From assembly GCA_937861125.1 (NCBI GenBank), contig CALMAY010000038.1, positions 190,921-254,920 of the forward strand: a DNA stretch of 64,000 nucleotides. The letters run 5' to 3'. Below the pieces are notes generated by a model. It did not search any database, was not told where the DNA came from, and saw only the letters and a program-made list of their open reading frames with translations. Each line of letters begins with the position of its first letter. The first letter of the stretch is position 1. The translations under genes and the position numbers were made by a program. Source of the stretch: an uncultured bacterium (GTDB taxonomy: Bacteria > Patescibacteriota > Patescibacteriia > Magasanikbacterales > UBA922). Below, in pieces: positions 16,320-27,151 of this stretch.

Positions 16320-17309
16320 TCAGTATAACACATCTCCGCGTGTTTGTAAATCCCTCAATAGTGGGGTGATATGTGCTATGTCAGACCATGTATACCCAAG
16401 ATTCAAAAACGCTTTTTCATTGGCAAATGGAAATAATGTTTTGTTTTTATATAAAAATACAGTTGATGAGTCACTCGATTTCACTACAGCACCTGATTTG
16501 AGTATCTTTTTTTCATTGTCAAGCGGTGAATGATTGGTTTGTATTTCAATACCATCGGTGTATCCATCTGCATCAGTATCAGCTGATATAAGAGATGTAG
16601 TGTAGTGTAATTCTTGGTTTTTTGTGAGTCCATCACTATCTCCGTCAGTTTCACCATTTTGACGTATGTCAGGAGAGGTAAAAATCATACGTTTTGGTGC
16701 TCGTGTTATATCAACAGTATCAAAATCTCTATTGGCGTCAAGAAGTGTTTGGTAGGAGTATCGATAATTTTCTCCATACCGTGTGCCAGGTTCTTGGGTA
16801 ATAAACTCTTCTGTTGATTCGTCATATCCAGAGATAACAAGTACATGGTATGGAAATGTGCCTCTAAAATGAGGATTTTTGAGCAAATCTGCCATGACAG
16901 GAATGATAATAGGACGCCCAGCGTCTAATTCATCGTGTATCTGTTTTAGTGTGGGATTATCAATAACTACCGCTTCCCAAGAAAGAAATTGGTTGATAAG
17001 AGTAGTGATGGTATTTGCTGATTCGTCTAGGCTTTTTCCTATGTATGTTTGTTTGATGTGAAATATATCGAGTATCTGTTGCTTTGCTGCTGCTTTAGAA
17101 AACGAACGTACATCTCGATAATAGGCATCCACCATTGCAATACTTGTTTCTTCACATGCATTGTGCCATGGTTCGTTCCAATTTCCATACGGTGCTTGTG
17201 ATGTAAACGGAATGGAAATATTTTTGGTATATACTATGTCTGCTGATACTGCGTACATAAAACAACATAGTATATACACAAAAAGATATATACGATATTG
17301 CTGTTTCAT
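16320..17309 (-). CDS. secreted C39-like cysteine peptidase domain protein with Ca-binding (TSP3-like) D-rich repeats
   Basis: Signal/TM segment (YRIYLFVYILCCFMYAVSA). FTSQAPYGNWNEPWHNACEETSIAMVDAYY is a Peptidase_C39_2-like Cys. YHVLVISGYDE supplies the His. DGDSDGLT and DTDADGYTDG repeats follow. I use ATG 17309. Confidence 0.6.
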   Translation of the reverse strand: MKQQYRIYLFVYILCCFMYAVSADIVYTKNISIPFTSQAPYGNWNEPWHNACEETSIAMVDAYYRDVRSFSKAAAKQQILDIFHIKQTYIGKSLDESANTITTLINQFLSWEAVVIDNPTLKQIHDELDAGRPIIIPVMADLLKNPHFRGTFPYHVLVISGYDESTEEFITQEPGTRYGENYRYSYQTLLDANRDFDTVDITRAPKRMIFTSPDIRQNGETDGDSDGLTKNQELHYTTSLISADTDADGYTDGIEIQTNHSPLDNEKKILKSGAVVKSSDSSTVFLYKNKTLFPFANEKAFLNLGYTWSDIAHITPLLRDLQTRGDVLY

Positions 17310-17313
17310 ATAC

Positions 17314-18930
17314 CTACGCAGAAACAATTTGACCACCAAACGCTGTGGTGAGATCTTGAAGTGGAGCTGTGGAATCTTGCACATTTGATTCTTGGTTTGT
17401 GACCACAACATCAATAGAGATATATGGCACAGATAAGAGTGTTGCAAGAGCGGTTGTGAGTGTTGTGTATGATTTTGCCTGTTTTATTTTGTCACTATGA
17501 AAACTATAGGGGACTGAAATAGTGATAGTAGTGTCTTTAACATCTACTATTTCTGCCATATGAACGATAAACGCAAGAGAGGGGGAATTGTTTTCAATAT
17601 ATGTAGTAAATGCTCTCCATATGTCACGAACCTGCTCTTTGGTAATAGATATTATCTGTGTTGTTGTGTCAACATGAGTGGTTTGCGTCTGTGTTTGTTG
17701 GTTTGGTGCTAGTTGAGTGGTAATGGGTGGAGATGATTTGGGTATTACTGTCTCTGTTACTGAAGTAGTAGTGGGCTTGGTAGTTGTATGTGTGGTAGGA
17801 ATTTGTAGTACTTCCTTTACAGCAGAGACATGGTTTGGTGTTGGTGAAGTGGTGTTTTGTGCCAACCATGTATATATGACGAGTTCTAGCGCGTAGGATG
17901 GAAGAGGAAGGACATCGATCTGTCGTTGGCGTTCTACCACAATATCAAATAAAGAGAGTACAGTATTGGTATTTGCTGTGCCGAGTAATTCTTTGATCTC
18001 TGCTTCTGTGAGAAGTTCTCCGTGAGGAATTGTCTTTGTGGTAGTGTAAACCAATATAGCACGGAGTATTTCAAGTATGCGCTCCATGAGAGATTTGACA
18101 TGTTGACCCTGTTCTTGAGCCTCTACGACGCATGTAATAGCTTGTTGTGCGTCATTTATGAGTATCGCCGTAAGATATGATTTGACCCATTCATCCGCTG
18201 CAACTGGAAAAAGAGTGTTTGCGTCTGTTATTGTGATATCTTTTTTACCCAAACCAAGGAGTTGATCCAAAAAACGAACAGCATCACGTCCACAACCACC
18301 GCTTTTACGTACAATACGATCAATGATTGTGTTATCAATAGTAACACCCTCACGTGTTGCAAGAGATGTTATATGAGTGTGCAAAATGTCGTCTGGAATA
18401 TTTTTAAAATGAAAATGCTGACAACGAGAAATAATAGTGTCAGGAAGTTTTTCTGGTTCTGTCGTAGCGAGCACAAAAACAACATGTTTGGGCGGTTCTT
18501 CGAGTGTTTTCAAAAGTGCGTTGAATGCACTTTTGCTCAACATGTGTACCTCATCGATAATAAATATTTTGTAGGGGAGTGAGGTGGGGCGTGTATTGGC
18601 TGACTCTATGATAACTTCTCGGACATGATCAACACCTGTATTACTTGCGGCATCAATTTCAATGATATCAATAGCTGATCCATCGGTAATACTGATGCAG
18701 GTGGCACATGTATTGCATGGTTCGGCTGAATGTTCTGCCTTATGCGTACACGAGAGTGATTTGGCGATGATACGTGCTGTAGTAGTCTTACCGACACCAC
18801 GAGGACCAGAGAATAGGTAGGCATGTGCAGTCCGACCAGTCAATATCTGGTTGGAAAGAGTGGTTGTAATAATGTCTTGTCCAAGTACATCAACAAAAGT
18901 TTGTGGACGGTAGGTGTGATAGAGAGCCAT
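17314..18930 (-). CDS. dnaX: DNA polymerase III subunit gamma/tau
   Basis: GPRGVGKTTTARIIAK, the Zn module CNTCATC, IFIIDEVHMLS and SRCQHFHF. A T/P/Q-rich linker sits in the C-terminal half. Confidence 0.92.
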   Translation of the reverse strand: MALYHTYRPQTFVDVLGQDIITTTLSNQILTGRTAHAYLFSGPRGVGKTTTARIIAKSLSCTHKAEHSAEPCNTCATCISITDGSAIDIIEIDAASNTGVDHVREVIIESANTRPTSLPYKIFIIDEVHMLSKSAFNALLKTLEEPPKHVVFVLATTEPEKLPDTIISRCQHFHFKNIPDDILHTHITSLATREGVTIDNTIIDRIVRKSGGCGRDAVRFLDQLLGLGKKDITITDANTLFPVAADEWVKSYLTAILINDAQQAITCVVEAQEQGQHVKSLMERILEILRAILVYTTTKTIPHGELLTEAEIKELLGTANTNTVLSLFDIVVERQRQIDVLPLPSYALELVIYTWLAQNTTSPTPNHVSAVKEVLQIPTTHTTTKPTTTSVTETVIPKSSPPITTQLAPNQQTQTQTTHVDTTTQIISITKEQVRDIWRAFTTYIENNSPSLAFIVHMAEIVDVKDTTITISVPYSFHSDKIKQAKSYTTLTTALATLLSVPYISIDVVVTNQESNVQDSTAPLQDLTTAFGGQIVSA

Positions 18931-19107
18931 ACATGGAAGAGATATAAACATTGACAGTATAGCTTTTTTTAGACAGTCTGTAAACCAGCAATTTTGACGC
19001 TAGTAGAGTTATACCCTCCCTGTGCTTGCGTCTTTTTTGCCCCCTATGCTATACTGTGGATAACCTCACTTAAGAGGAAATACATTTATTCTTTACGTTT
19101 ACTTGGT

Positions 19108-19365
19108 ATGCCAAGAAAAGCAAATCCAGCATTGATGAAACCAATGACTCTTTCTGCAACATTGCAGGCAGTCGCAGGTGCAGGTCCAATGCCACGTGGT
19201 CAAGTTATGAAGAAGGTTTGGGAGTACATCAAAAAGAACAAACTCCAGAATCCAAAGAATATGCGCAACATCATCGCTGATGAAAAATTGCTTCCACTCT
19301 TTGGAGGAAAGAAAGAGGTAACAATGTTTGAGATGACAAAATTAATCTCAACACACCTAAGTTAA
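19108..19365 (+). CDS. SWIB/MDM2 domain protein
   Basis: 85 aa from ATG 19108: LSATLQAVAGAGPMPRGQVMKKVWEYIKKNKLQNPKNMRNIIADEKLLPLFGGKKEVTMFEMTKLISTHL. Confidence 0.75.
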   Translation: MPRKANPALMKPMTLSATLQAVAGAGPMPRGQVMKKVWEYIKKNKLQNPKNMRNIIADEKLLPLFGGKKEVTMFEMTKLISTHLS

Positions 19366-19397
19366 TTAGGGAAGTAGTCAATAATTAGAAAATAATT

Positions 19398-19430
19398 AAA
19401 ACCCCGTCTATAAAAAGATGGGGCTTTTAT
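19398..19430. terminator. bidirectional hairpin terminator
   Basis: CCCCGTCT ataaaa AGATGGGG is flanked by an A-run and a T-run. It sits between convergent genes. Confidence 0.6.
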
Positions 19431-20096
19431 TTATATTCGTTCAATCGTTGTCCACGTATTTCCACCGCCCTCTGGCACGAGAATAGTGACATGTTGTCCA
19501 GGGATAATCTTGTAGAATGTCGCACATGCTAGTAGGAGCTTATAACGATGCTGTTCATGAATGATAAACCATTGACGTAAGTCTGTATCATACCATGTTT
19601 CACCAATGACTGTTGTACGTTTGACTGGACCAATTTGTTTATAAAAAAATTTACCTTGTGGTGTAATGGTGAGCTTAAGGAAATCGCCTTCAACCAATTT
19701 TGATTTGCTTGCGTAGTTTGGGCTAATGTCGTATTCTTTTCCATCTGAGCCCATCATCTTGTTTCCTGTAAACACGCCTTCAATTACCATACCACTAGAA
19801 ATTTGTGGTTGTGTATATGTTGGGGCGTAGTCAGATTGTAATTGTACAGGTGATGTTGTCTGAAAAGAAGCGTCAATCGTTCGGATTAACTCATTGATCT
19901 GATCCTGTATTTCGTAGAGTTTTTTGCGAATAAGATCTGTATGTAGTAATTGTGGCTGTATTGTTGTTTGTCTGGCTGACTCTTGGTCTATTGGTGTGTA
20001 CTCGTCTGTAGTGGGGGAAGTATTTGGCGTAAATGTGATATCAGGGAGATCACTAAATTTATCTTGCAACAGATCGTGAAGAGGATCCATGGACAT
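19431..20096 (-). CDS. hypothetical protein, third gene of the TraD/VirD4-like operon
   Basis: 221 aa. The N-terminal half is disordered (P/T/Q-rich). The C-terminal part looks beta-rich (EGVFTGNKMMGSDGKEYDISPNYASKSKLVEGDFLKLTITPQG...). It lies 41 nt downstream of the ATPase gene. No family recognised. Confidence 0.6.
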   Translation of the reverse strand: MSMDPLHDLLQDKFSDLPDITFTPNTSPTTDEYTPIDQESARQTTIQPQLLHTDLIRKKLYEIQDQINELIRTIDASFQTTSPVQLQSDYAPTYTQPQISSGMVIEGVFTGNKMMGSDGKEYDISPNYASKSKLVEGDFLKLTITPQGKFFYKQIGPVKRTTVIGETWYDTDLRQWFIIHEQHRYKLLLACATFYKIIPGQHVTILVPEGGGNTWTTIERI

Positions 20097-20137
20097 AGTA
20101 TATTGGTATTATATGTGTATGTTAATAAGTTGTTATA

Positions 20138-22714
20138 TTACAGTGAGGCTTCGATCATATCTGTTTTTGAGGCACTTTCACCTCCACCGAGTTTCGTACG
20201 TTCAAGTATTTCTGCCTCAACAATGCGCCTGTCACGGCCATATTTGAGACGTGAGAGCTCTTTGAGGGCTGCTGCAAGCTCAGGATTACCCTTACGTGGT
20301 GGATGTGCATTGAGGAGAAATGGTTTACTTGCTTGGTTGTCAATGAGCATTTTAGCATAAAAAGAAAATTTCGGTGTGTTTAGGAGATCGTGTGCACCAA
20401 ACACTGGAGCAAATTCTTTGGCCAAAATTTCACTATCTTCCGGTCCAATACGACCAATCATCATCGTACCGACGTTTCCAAGCACCGCATCTTTGATATC
20501 TGATCTTCCTTTATCATCCGTGAGTTGTCCCATGTACTGATGTGCAATAATGAGGTCAAGTTTATATTTACGTGCCTCGGAGAGAATAGTACTGATAGAA
20601 TCAGTAATAAAGTTTTGGAACTCATCGATGTAGAGATAAAAATCTTTACGATCTTCCTCGGCCATATCAGCACGTGCCATAGCTGCCATTTGAAGTTTTG
20701 CGACAATGATAAGACCGAGTAGTTTTGCATTTACTTCACCAGTACGACCTTTCGCGAGGTTGACGAGAAGAATTTTTTGTTCATCCATCACTTCACGAAA
20801 ACTAAATCCTGATCGCTGTTGTCCCATGATATTGCGCATCATTTCATTGCCCACAAAACGACCGACTTTGGAAATCAGATACCCAAGCATTTCGGATTTG
20901 TGGAAATCACTTGTCTTTGCCATTTCTTTTTCCCAAAACGCACGCACGACAGGATCCGTTAATTTTTTGAGGTATTCTTTGACATATGCATCATCGGTAA
21001 ACATGCGTGGAATATCGATAACGGTCCCAGAATCATTGATATCTGCCATCAATGTCAACATAACATTACGCATGTTATGCTCAAACATTGGACCAATCAT
21101 TTCAGGTGGGAACAGTTTGTAAAAAATGCCGATCATTTCTTGGACAGCAAAATCTTTTTGATCATCATTTTTGACCTCAAGCATATTCAGACCGATTGGT
21201 CGCTCAAGATCAGACGGATCAAAAATAATCACATCGTCAGCTCGTTCTTTGGGTACATGTTCAAGCACTGCTTCTACTAGATCGCCGTGTGGGTCGACTA
21301 CACAGACACCTTTTCCATCAAGAATGTCTTGAATAGCAAGATTGGCAATGGTGACCGATTTACCACTTCCTGATTTTCCAATGATGTAGAGGTGTCGTCT
21401 GCGATCAGCTTCCTTAATATAGACATCCTGTTTGTGTCCACGATAATCAACAAATCCCAAAAGAAGACCCGACATAGGTAGGTTTGTGGGCGGAGGAGCT
21501 TGGCGACCGTGAAGCCAGTGGATATTTGGGGTTTCAGTAGAATGAAGCGGTAGGTGCCACAGTGATGCCATTTCCTCAGTATTGAACAATATACGTTTAT
21601 TTTCTTGGAATGAACGATAGATAAAATCTCGAATAAGTTTTTTTTGATTTTTTGGAATAACTGCCTTAAAGCTATTTCCATACCGATACATGTTGTATTG
21701 GGTAAAGGAATTGAGCATGTTGTCCAAATTAAGCTCAGCAATCTCTTTTTCTTTAGAAACAGATAACAATCGAACAGTTACTTCCATTCCACCTTTACTC
21801 ATTTTTTGCTCTATGCCTTTGAGCATTTCTTCTTCCATTTGTGAGAGACGATATTCTTGCTTGACACCATCTTTACTGTGGTTAGCTACAAACATTTCGT
21901 AGAGTACTGAGGCTGTTTTTTTTATTACGGTGAGTATTGGAGAGTGGTGGGTGGAAACTGCTTCAAATTTTTTCCCTTTTTTTACTTCACGGACAATGTG
22001 TACACCAGTAGAACGCCATTTTTTTGGTGCTGAACGAATTACAAACTGTATTGCTGCTGCACTATCATGTTCAAAAATTTTTGCCATGGTATTGAGTGTT
22101 GCAGAGAGCGGATCTGAATCCATTTGACGAAATGTTTTGAATGGGAATACTGATGGATTTTGTGCCAAGAGATATCCACCTACGATAGTACTATCATGAG
22201 TAAAAAGGTTGTAATCTACAATCTCTTCAATTTCTGCATATGGATACTGTGCTTGAATCTGTTGCTCGATAAATGGTTGCCATTTTTTCTGAACCTCAAC
22301 ATAAAAATAGATGAGGTGATTGCGAACCACAATTTCAAATGTAAAAGTATCGTCGCGTCCAAAAAACCATGCGCGAAAACCATGTTGTACTTTGAGGCCT
22401 GCGAGTGTCGAAAAAAGAGTTTCGGTAATACCAATCTCCTCTCGAATTTGTTCAAGCCTATCATCTTGTCCTGTCGATCCACCTTGTCCCTCTGATTTTC
22501 GTTCTTTTGGTACTGTAATTTGAAGCACGACACGGTTAAACGCCTTTTGCGCCTTATTTCCTTCTTGTACAAATATACGAATAAGTGAAAGAATAACAAA
22601 TATGCCAATACCACCGAGAATCAAAAGGAGAAGCACAAAAAGAATGTCACTACTTGCAAGTGATGTGTTTGTGTATGGTGATGAATTTGACAAAGAAAAC
22701 TGAAACATAATCAT
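20138..22714 (-). CDS. fusion protein: lineage-specific membrane N-domain + TraD/VirD4/TraG-type (type IV coupling protein-like) P-loop ATPase
   Basis: N-terminal TM segment. The N-domain is homologous to ORF 10774-12204. The C-terminal half has Walker A YIIGKSGSGKS, VVDPHGDL, Walker B-like FYLYIDEFQNF, and IIAHQYMGQL. The start is GTG 22717, ATG 22714 or ATG 22708. Confidence 0.85.
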   Translation of the reverse strand: MIMFQFSLSNSSPYTNTSLASSDILFVLLLLILGGIGIFVILSLIRIFVQEGNKAQKAFNRVVLQITVPKERKSEGQGGSTGQDDRLEQIREEIGITETLFSTLAGLKVQHGFRAWFFGRDDTFTFEIVVRNHLIYFYVEVQKKWQPFIEQQIQAQYPYAEIEEIVDYNLFTHDSTIVGGYLLAQNPSVFPFKTFRQMDSDPLSATLNTMAKIFEHDSAAAIQFVIRSAPKKWRSTGVHIVREVKKGKKFEAVSTHHSPILTVIKKTASVLYEMFVANHSKDGVKQEYRLSQMEEEMLKGIEQKMSKGGMEVTVRLLSVSKEKEIAELNLDNMLNSFTQYNMYRYGNSFKAVIPKNQKKLIRDFIYRSFQENKRILFNTEEMASLWHLPLHSTETPNIHWLHGRQAPPPTNLPMSGLLLGFVDYRGHKQDVYIKEADRRRHLYIIGKSGSGKSVTIANLAIQDILDGKGVCVVDPHGDLVEAVLEHVPKERADDVIIFDPSDLERPIGLNMLEVKNDDQKDFAVQEMIGIFYKLFPPEMIGPMFEHNMRNVMLTLMADINDSGTVIDIPRMFTDDAYVKEYLKKLTDPVVRAFWEKEMAKTSDFHKSEMLGYLISKVGRFVGNEMMRNIMGQQRSGFSFREVMDEQKILLVNLAKGRTGEVNAKLLGLIIVAKLQMAAMARADMAEEDRKDFYLYIDEFQNFITDSISTILSEARKYKLDLIIAHQYMGQLTDDKGRSDIKDAVLGNVGTMMIGRIGPEDSEILAKEFAPVFGAHDLLNTPKFSFYAKMLIDNQASKPFLLNAHPPRKGNPELAAALKELSRLKYGRDRRIVEAEILERTKLGGGESASKTDMIEASL

Positions 22715-23208
22715 CACTTTTGTTTGTTTTTAAGTGCAAGAATTTTATCTGCTTTAATTTTTGCTTCTTGTTCAAGAAAAAACCTGTTGACACCAGGAAG
22801 GAGCTTGAGCCAATCCATCAACAATGAAAATATTTTTTTGACTTTGACGTGCGTTGCACGAAGAAGATCTCGAATCTGATATGCTGTTTGTTCACCTTTG
22901 ATCTTAAACAGTTCACGATCTGCTGGTGGTAATTGCACAAATGCATCTCGTAACCCTTCTTCCATGATTTTCTCTACTTCAACCGAGATGGTGTCACGTA
23001 CAGGTGCTGCAGGTGTTTTGTTTTGACCTTTTTTACCAAGAAGTGACCGAATACCCTGTACTGCTTGTTCTTTATCCTGCTGTGGCTCCTCTGTAATTCC
23101 ACGTTCTTTTTCTGTTGGTGTATGCTCAAGAGTAGGTTGCATTTCAGCACCATTTTGTGGTATATGTTCCTGTGAGTCTGAGTGTTTAAGGAGATCTTTT
23201 TCTTGCAT
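22714..23208 (-). CDS. hypothetical protein, first gene of the TraD/VirD4-like operon
   Basis: 164 aa from ATG 23208. An acidic/disordered N-terminus is followed by a helical C-terminus (ELFKIKGEQTAYQIRDLLRATHVKVKKIFSLLMDWLKLLPGVNRFFLEQEAKIKADKIL). Its stop TGA overlaps the downstream start codon. Confidence 0.55.
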   Translation of the reverse strand: MQEKDLLKHSDSQEHIPQNGAEMQPTLEHTPTEKERGITEEPQQDKEQAVQGIRSLLGKKGQNKTPAAPVRDTISVEVEKIMEEGLRDAFVQLPPADRELFKIKGEQTAYQIRDLLRATHVKVKKIFSLLMDWLKLLPGVNRFFLEQEAKIKADKILALKNKQK

Positions 23209-23261
23209 AAAGTGCAGTGTAGATATAGTATACCAAATAGCAATAAAATCGCATAGTGTAT

Positions 23262-25082
23262 ATGTCGTCATCAGTAGAAATTCAGACAATCAAAGATAGA
23301 CTTGATGTGGTGACAGTCATCGGACAGTACGTCCAGCTCAAACCAAGTGGTATTAATCACAAGGGTCTTTGTCCGTTTCACAAAGAAAAATCACCATCGT
23401 TTATGGTCAACCGCGATCGGCAGAGTTGGCATTGTTTTGGTTGTGCCAAGGGCGGTGATATTTTTACCTTTATCCAAGAAATAGAAGGAATGGAGTTTGT
23501 GGATGCACTCAAATATCTCGCAGATCAGGCAGGTGTCACTTTGACAAATACAGCAGTGAGTAAAGAGCATGCCAATGAAAAAACACGTCTCAAAGAAATT
23601 ACTCATGAGGCACAAAAATTTTTTCATGGATTTTTGACAAAAATGCCGCAGGCGGCAGACGCACGTGCCTATTTGTCCCAACGTGGGTTGACGCAAGAAA
23701 CAATTGAATATTGGGGGATTGGTTTTGCGCCAGAGCAATGGGATTTACTCACGCAGTATTTACTCAAAAAGGGATACAGTATCGACGAGCTTATCAAAGC
23801 TGGGGTGACAGTACAAAAAGAGGGTGCTGATGTGCGATCTTTACGTGGATTTTATGACCGATTTCGTGGACGTATTATGTTTCCTATTTCAGATCATCAT
23901 GGCGCTGTAGTTGGATTTACCGGACGTGTCTTGGTAGAAAACGAACATTCTGGGGGAAAATATGTCAATACGCCACAAACAGCGCTGTTTGATAAATCTC
24001 GCCTAGTTTTTGGACTTGATCGAGCAAAAAAAACAATTCGTTCGACTGGAAAAATTGTATTGGTTGAAGGGCAAATGGATGTAATAGCGTGTCATCAGGC
24101 AGGTATGACCAACGTGGTCGCAAGTAGTGGTACAGCATTGACAGAGGAACATGTAAAACTATTGTCTCGATATGCGACCACCGTTGCCATGGCATTTGAT
24201 CAGGATAGTGCAGGCATTGCTGCAGCAAAGCGTGGTATTGAGGTGGCGCTGAGTCAAGGATTACAAGTTAAAGTAATTACTATCCCGGATGGATTTGGGA
24301 AAGATCCAGATGAGTGTGTTAAAAAACATAAGGACGTTTGGTTTGCATCGGTTGAGCAGGCACAGGATGTGATTCCGTGGTATTTTGATAGAACATTTGC
24401 TCAAAAAGATATACAAAATCCTCGTGTAAAACAGCAAATTGCTGATGAATTACTGCCTTTATTATTGAGAATGCCACATGTTGTGGAGCGAGATCACTGG
24501 ATACGTGAACTTGCGTCCAGATTGCAGACAGATCCGGCAGTACTAGTAGAACAGACTAAACAAATGCAAAAAATAATAAAAATGAGTAAACCAACAACGT
24601 CTATTTCAACTACACAAACTGCAGAAGTTACTACAGTGCCAGCAAAAATGACTGAAGATCGTTTGTCTCTTTTAGTTGAGCGCCTTTTGATGCTTGTATT
24701 TTTGCGTCCTGAATCACTGTTGATGTATGGACCACAGTTTCCTGATGTCTCTGGTATGTTATCCACAGCACCACTAGGGGGTCTTTACGAAATCATAAAA
24801 AACAGCTATACTGAGGCTAATATTGAGTCACTTCGTGCAAAAATCTCTGATACAGAGGTGAAAGAGCAATTTGATATCCTTAGTATGAAGGCGGAACTAG
24901 AGTTTTCGCAACTTCAGACAAGTGACATTAACAAAGAAATTTCTCTTATTCTCAAAGAAGTAGTATTAGATTACAAACGACAAAAACGCTCACAGTTACT
25001 ACGTGATATTGAAATTGCAGAGCGAAACGGGCAAGGCGATCGTGTGACAGAATTGTTAAAACAATTTCAATCTATTCAATAA
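23262..25082 (+). CDS. dnaG: DNA primase
   Basis: Zn finger [35 protein letters not shown] and [17 protein letters not shown]...AFDQDSAG. The start is GTG 23256 or ATG 23262. Confidence 0.95.
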   Translation: MSSSVEIQTIKDRLDVVTVIGQYVQLKPSGINHKGLCPFHKEKSPSFMVNRDRQSWHCFGCAKGGDIFTFIQEIEGMEFVDALKYLADQAGVTLTNTAVSKEHANEKTRLKEITHEAQKFFHGFLTKMPQAADARAYLSQRGLTQETIEYWGIGFAPEQWDLLTQYLLKKGYSIDELIKAGVTVQKEGADVRSLRGFYDRFRGRIMFPISDHHGAVVGFTGRVLVENEHSGGKYVNTPQTALFDKSRLVFGLDRAKKTIRSTGKIVLVEGQMDVIACHQAGMTNVVASSGTALTEEHVKLLSRYATTVAMAFDQDSAGIAAAKRGIEVALSQGLQVKVITIPDGFGKDPDECVKKHKDVWFASVEQAQDVIPWYFDRTFAQKDIQNPRVKQQIADELLPLLLRMPHVVERDHWIRELASRLQTDPAVLVEQTKQMQKIIKMSKPTTSISTTQTAEVTTVPAKMTEDRLSLLVERLLMLVFLRPESLLMYGPQFPDVSGMLSTAPLGGLYEIIKNSYTEANIESLRAKISDTEVKEQFDILSMKAELEFSQLQTSDINKEISLILKEVVLDYKRQKRSQLLRDIEIAERNGQGDRVTELLKQFQSIQ

Positions 25083-25104
25083 TTTTATTTATAGTTGTAC
25101 TCGC

Positions 25105-26436
25105 ATGAGCATTAAACGATCCCAAAAAAGATCGTCTGTTGCTACTCGTGGAGGGGCTAAAAAGGTGCCTTCAAAAATAGTAGCACGGAAAGGTATTCAA
25201 CCAAGTAAATCAGTGGTTCAAAAAAAACAAATTACATCATCTAAAAAACCTATTAATAAGTTGGTTAAAAAATCAATTCCAAAACAAACCACGTCATTTA
25301 AGCCACGTCCACCAGCATCACCTGATCAGGTACCAACCGAGCCAACTGTGGAGCTCATGTGGCAAACAATTGATAAATCCCGTTCTCGTGGGTTTATTAC
25401 AGAAATTGAAATTTTACGTTTATTCCCACATGTCGAACATTTCCTTCAAACATACGAAGGATTTCTTGACGTGTTAGATAAATGTGCTGTTTCTGTTGTC
25501 TCAGGTGCAGAAGGGTTGCTTGGAGCACGTAAAGAACAAAAAGAGTTTCTCAATCGTATTCAGGGAAAACAACCTGATAGCGTCACTGGATCTTTTGATC
25601 TCGGCACTATTTCAGAGGATTCAATCCAGATGTATCTACGCGAAATTGGAAAAATTCCATTGCTCGATGCTGAGACAGAAATCTCACTTGCCAAACGAAA
25701 AGAAAAAGGGGACAAGGAAGCTGAGCGCATGCTTATTGAAGCAAACTTGCGTCTGGTCGTCTCAATCGCAAAGAAATTTGTAGGAAAACGTCTATCATTA
25801 CTTGATTTGATTCAAGAAGGAAACATTGGTCTCTTTCGTGCAGTCAAAAAATTTGACTATCGTCGTGGGTTTAAATTCTCTACATACGCGACATGGTGGA
25901 TTCGTCAGGCGATTACTCGCGCACTCGCAGATCAATCACGCACCATTCGTATTCCAGTGCACATGGTTGAAACCATCAACAAATTTATGCAGGTCTCTCG
26001 CAGGCTCTTGCAAGATTTGGGACGTGACCCAACCCCAGAGGAATTAGCGGCAGAAATGGGTGAAGAAGTGGACAAGATTAATCATATTATTAAAATTTCA
26101 CAAGAAACTATTTCACTGGAAACATCGGTGGGGGATGGAGACGATGATGACTCATCACTCTCTGACTTTATTGAGGACGTCAAAAATGTCTCTCCATCAC
26201 ACTCAGCTGGAGCAGGATTACTTCGTGACTACATCAATGACGCTATCACAGATCTCTCTCCTCGTGAACAAAAGATTCTTGAGATGCGCTTTGGTCTTAA
26301 AGATGGGGTAACTCATACCCTTGAGGAAGTGGGTAAAGAGTTTGATGTCACTCGTGAACGTATCCGTCAGATCGAAGCCAAGGCGCTTGAGAAAATTCAA
26401 GGAATGGATATTGTGGCGAAGTTGAGAGATTACTAA
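25105..26436 (+). CDS. rpoD: RNA polymerase sigma factor RpoD (primary sigma-70)
   Basis: [40 protein letters not shown] and [24 protein letters not shown], preceded by a basic K-rich N-terminal tail. Confidence 0.97.
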   Translation: MSIKRSQKRSSVATRGGAKKVPSKIVARKGIQPSKSVVQKKQITSSKKPINKLVKKSIPKQTTSFKPRPPASPDQVPTEPTVELMWQTIDKSRSRGFITEIEILRLFPHVEHFLQTYEGFLDVLDKCAVSVVSGAEGLLGARKEQKEFLNRIQGKQPDSVTGSFDLGTISEDSIQMYLREIGKIPLLDAETEISLAKRKEKGDKEAERMLIEANLRLVVSIAKKFVGKRLSLLDLIQEGNIGLFRAVKKFDYRRGFKFSTYATWWIRQAITRALADQSRTIRIPVHMVETINKFMQVSRRLLQDLGRDPTPEELAAEMGEEVDKINHIIKISQETISLETSVGDGDDDDSSLSDFIEDVKNVSPSHSAGAGLLRDYINDAITDLSPREQKILEMRFGLKDGVTHTLEEVGKEFDVTRERIRQIEAKALEKIQGMDIVAKLRDY

Positions 26437-26443
26437 TACAAAT

Positions 26444-26478
26444 AAAAACCGACCAGTCAATACAGGTCGGTTTTTTTG
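26444..26478. terminator. bidirectional intrinsic terminator between rpoD and sodA
   Basis: CCGACC agtcaataca GGTCGG has an A-run upstream and TTTTTTT downstream. Confidence 0.8.
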
Positions 26479-27057
26479 TTATACTATTTTTATTAGACTC
26501 CACCACTTCTCCACATATTCTTGTCTACGATTTTGATAGTTTAGATAGTACGCATGCTCCCACACATCGAGTCCAATAATCGGTGTATGACCTTTCATAA
26601 GTGGGGAATCTTGGTTTGGTGTCGCATAGAGTTCGAGTGCGCCGTCAGTGTTACGCACGAGCCAAGACCAGCCGCTTCCAAAGCGATTAAGCGCATTGGT
26701 ATTAAACTGTTTTTTCATTTCTTCTACCGATCCAAATGTAACAACAATGTCTGATACAAGTTGTTCGTCACGCGTATTGCTTGGATCCATCAATGTCCAA
26801 AAGAGTGAGTGGTTTGCGTGTCCGCCACCATGATTTTGGATGGCAGTTCTGTCTGCATCTGAGAGTTGTAGTGTGTGTAGCTCACGAAGAAGTGTTTCAA
26901 TACCTTTATCCTGTAGCTCAGGATACCTTTCAATTACACCATTGAGTTTGTCAATGTAGGCTTGGTGGTGCTTGGTATGATGGATCTCCATTGTTTTGAT
27001 GTCGATGATTGGTTCGAGTGCGTCGTAGGAGTAGGTGAGTGCTGGAAGCGTGTACAT
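26479..27057 (-). CDS. sodA: Fe/Mn superoxide dismutase
   Basis: 192 aa with [27 protein letters not shown] and GLDVWEHAYYL. Confidence 0.97.
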   Translation of the reverse strand: MYTLPALTYSYDALEPIIDIKTMEIHHTKHHQAYIDKLNGVIERYPELQDKGIETLLRELHTLQLSDADRTAIQNHGGGHANHSLFWTLMDPSNTRDEQLVSDIVVTFGSVEEMKKQFNTNALNRFGSGWSWLVRNTDGALELYATPNQDSPLMKGHTPIIGLDVWEHAYYLNYQNRRQEYVEKWWSLIKIV

Positions 27058-27151
27058 ATAATTTATTTAGTTGAACATTGAACTTTATTATTAAGAAATG
27101 CCATTGTCGTTGCATTTTTTTGTGGTTTCCGTACTGTTGGAATCACCCCTG

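Noticed and set aside
16207-16320. yybP-ykoY (Mn) riboswitch upstream of the TerC-family gene
   Set aside because: Only about 30 nt separate the TerC start from tRNA-Gln, so there is no space and no matching motifs.
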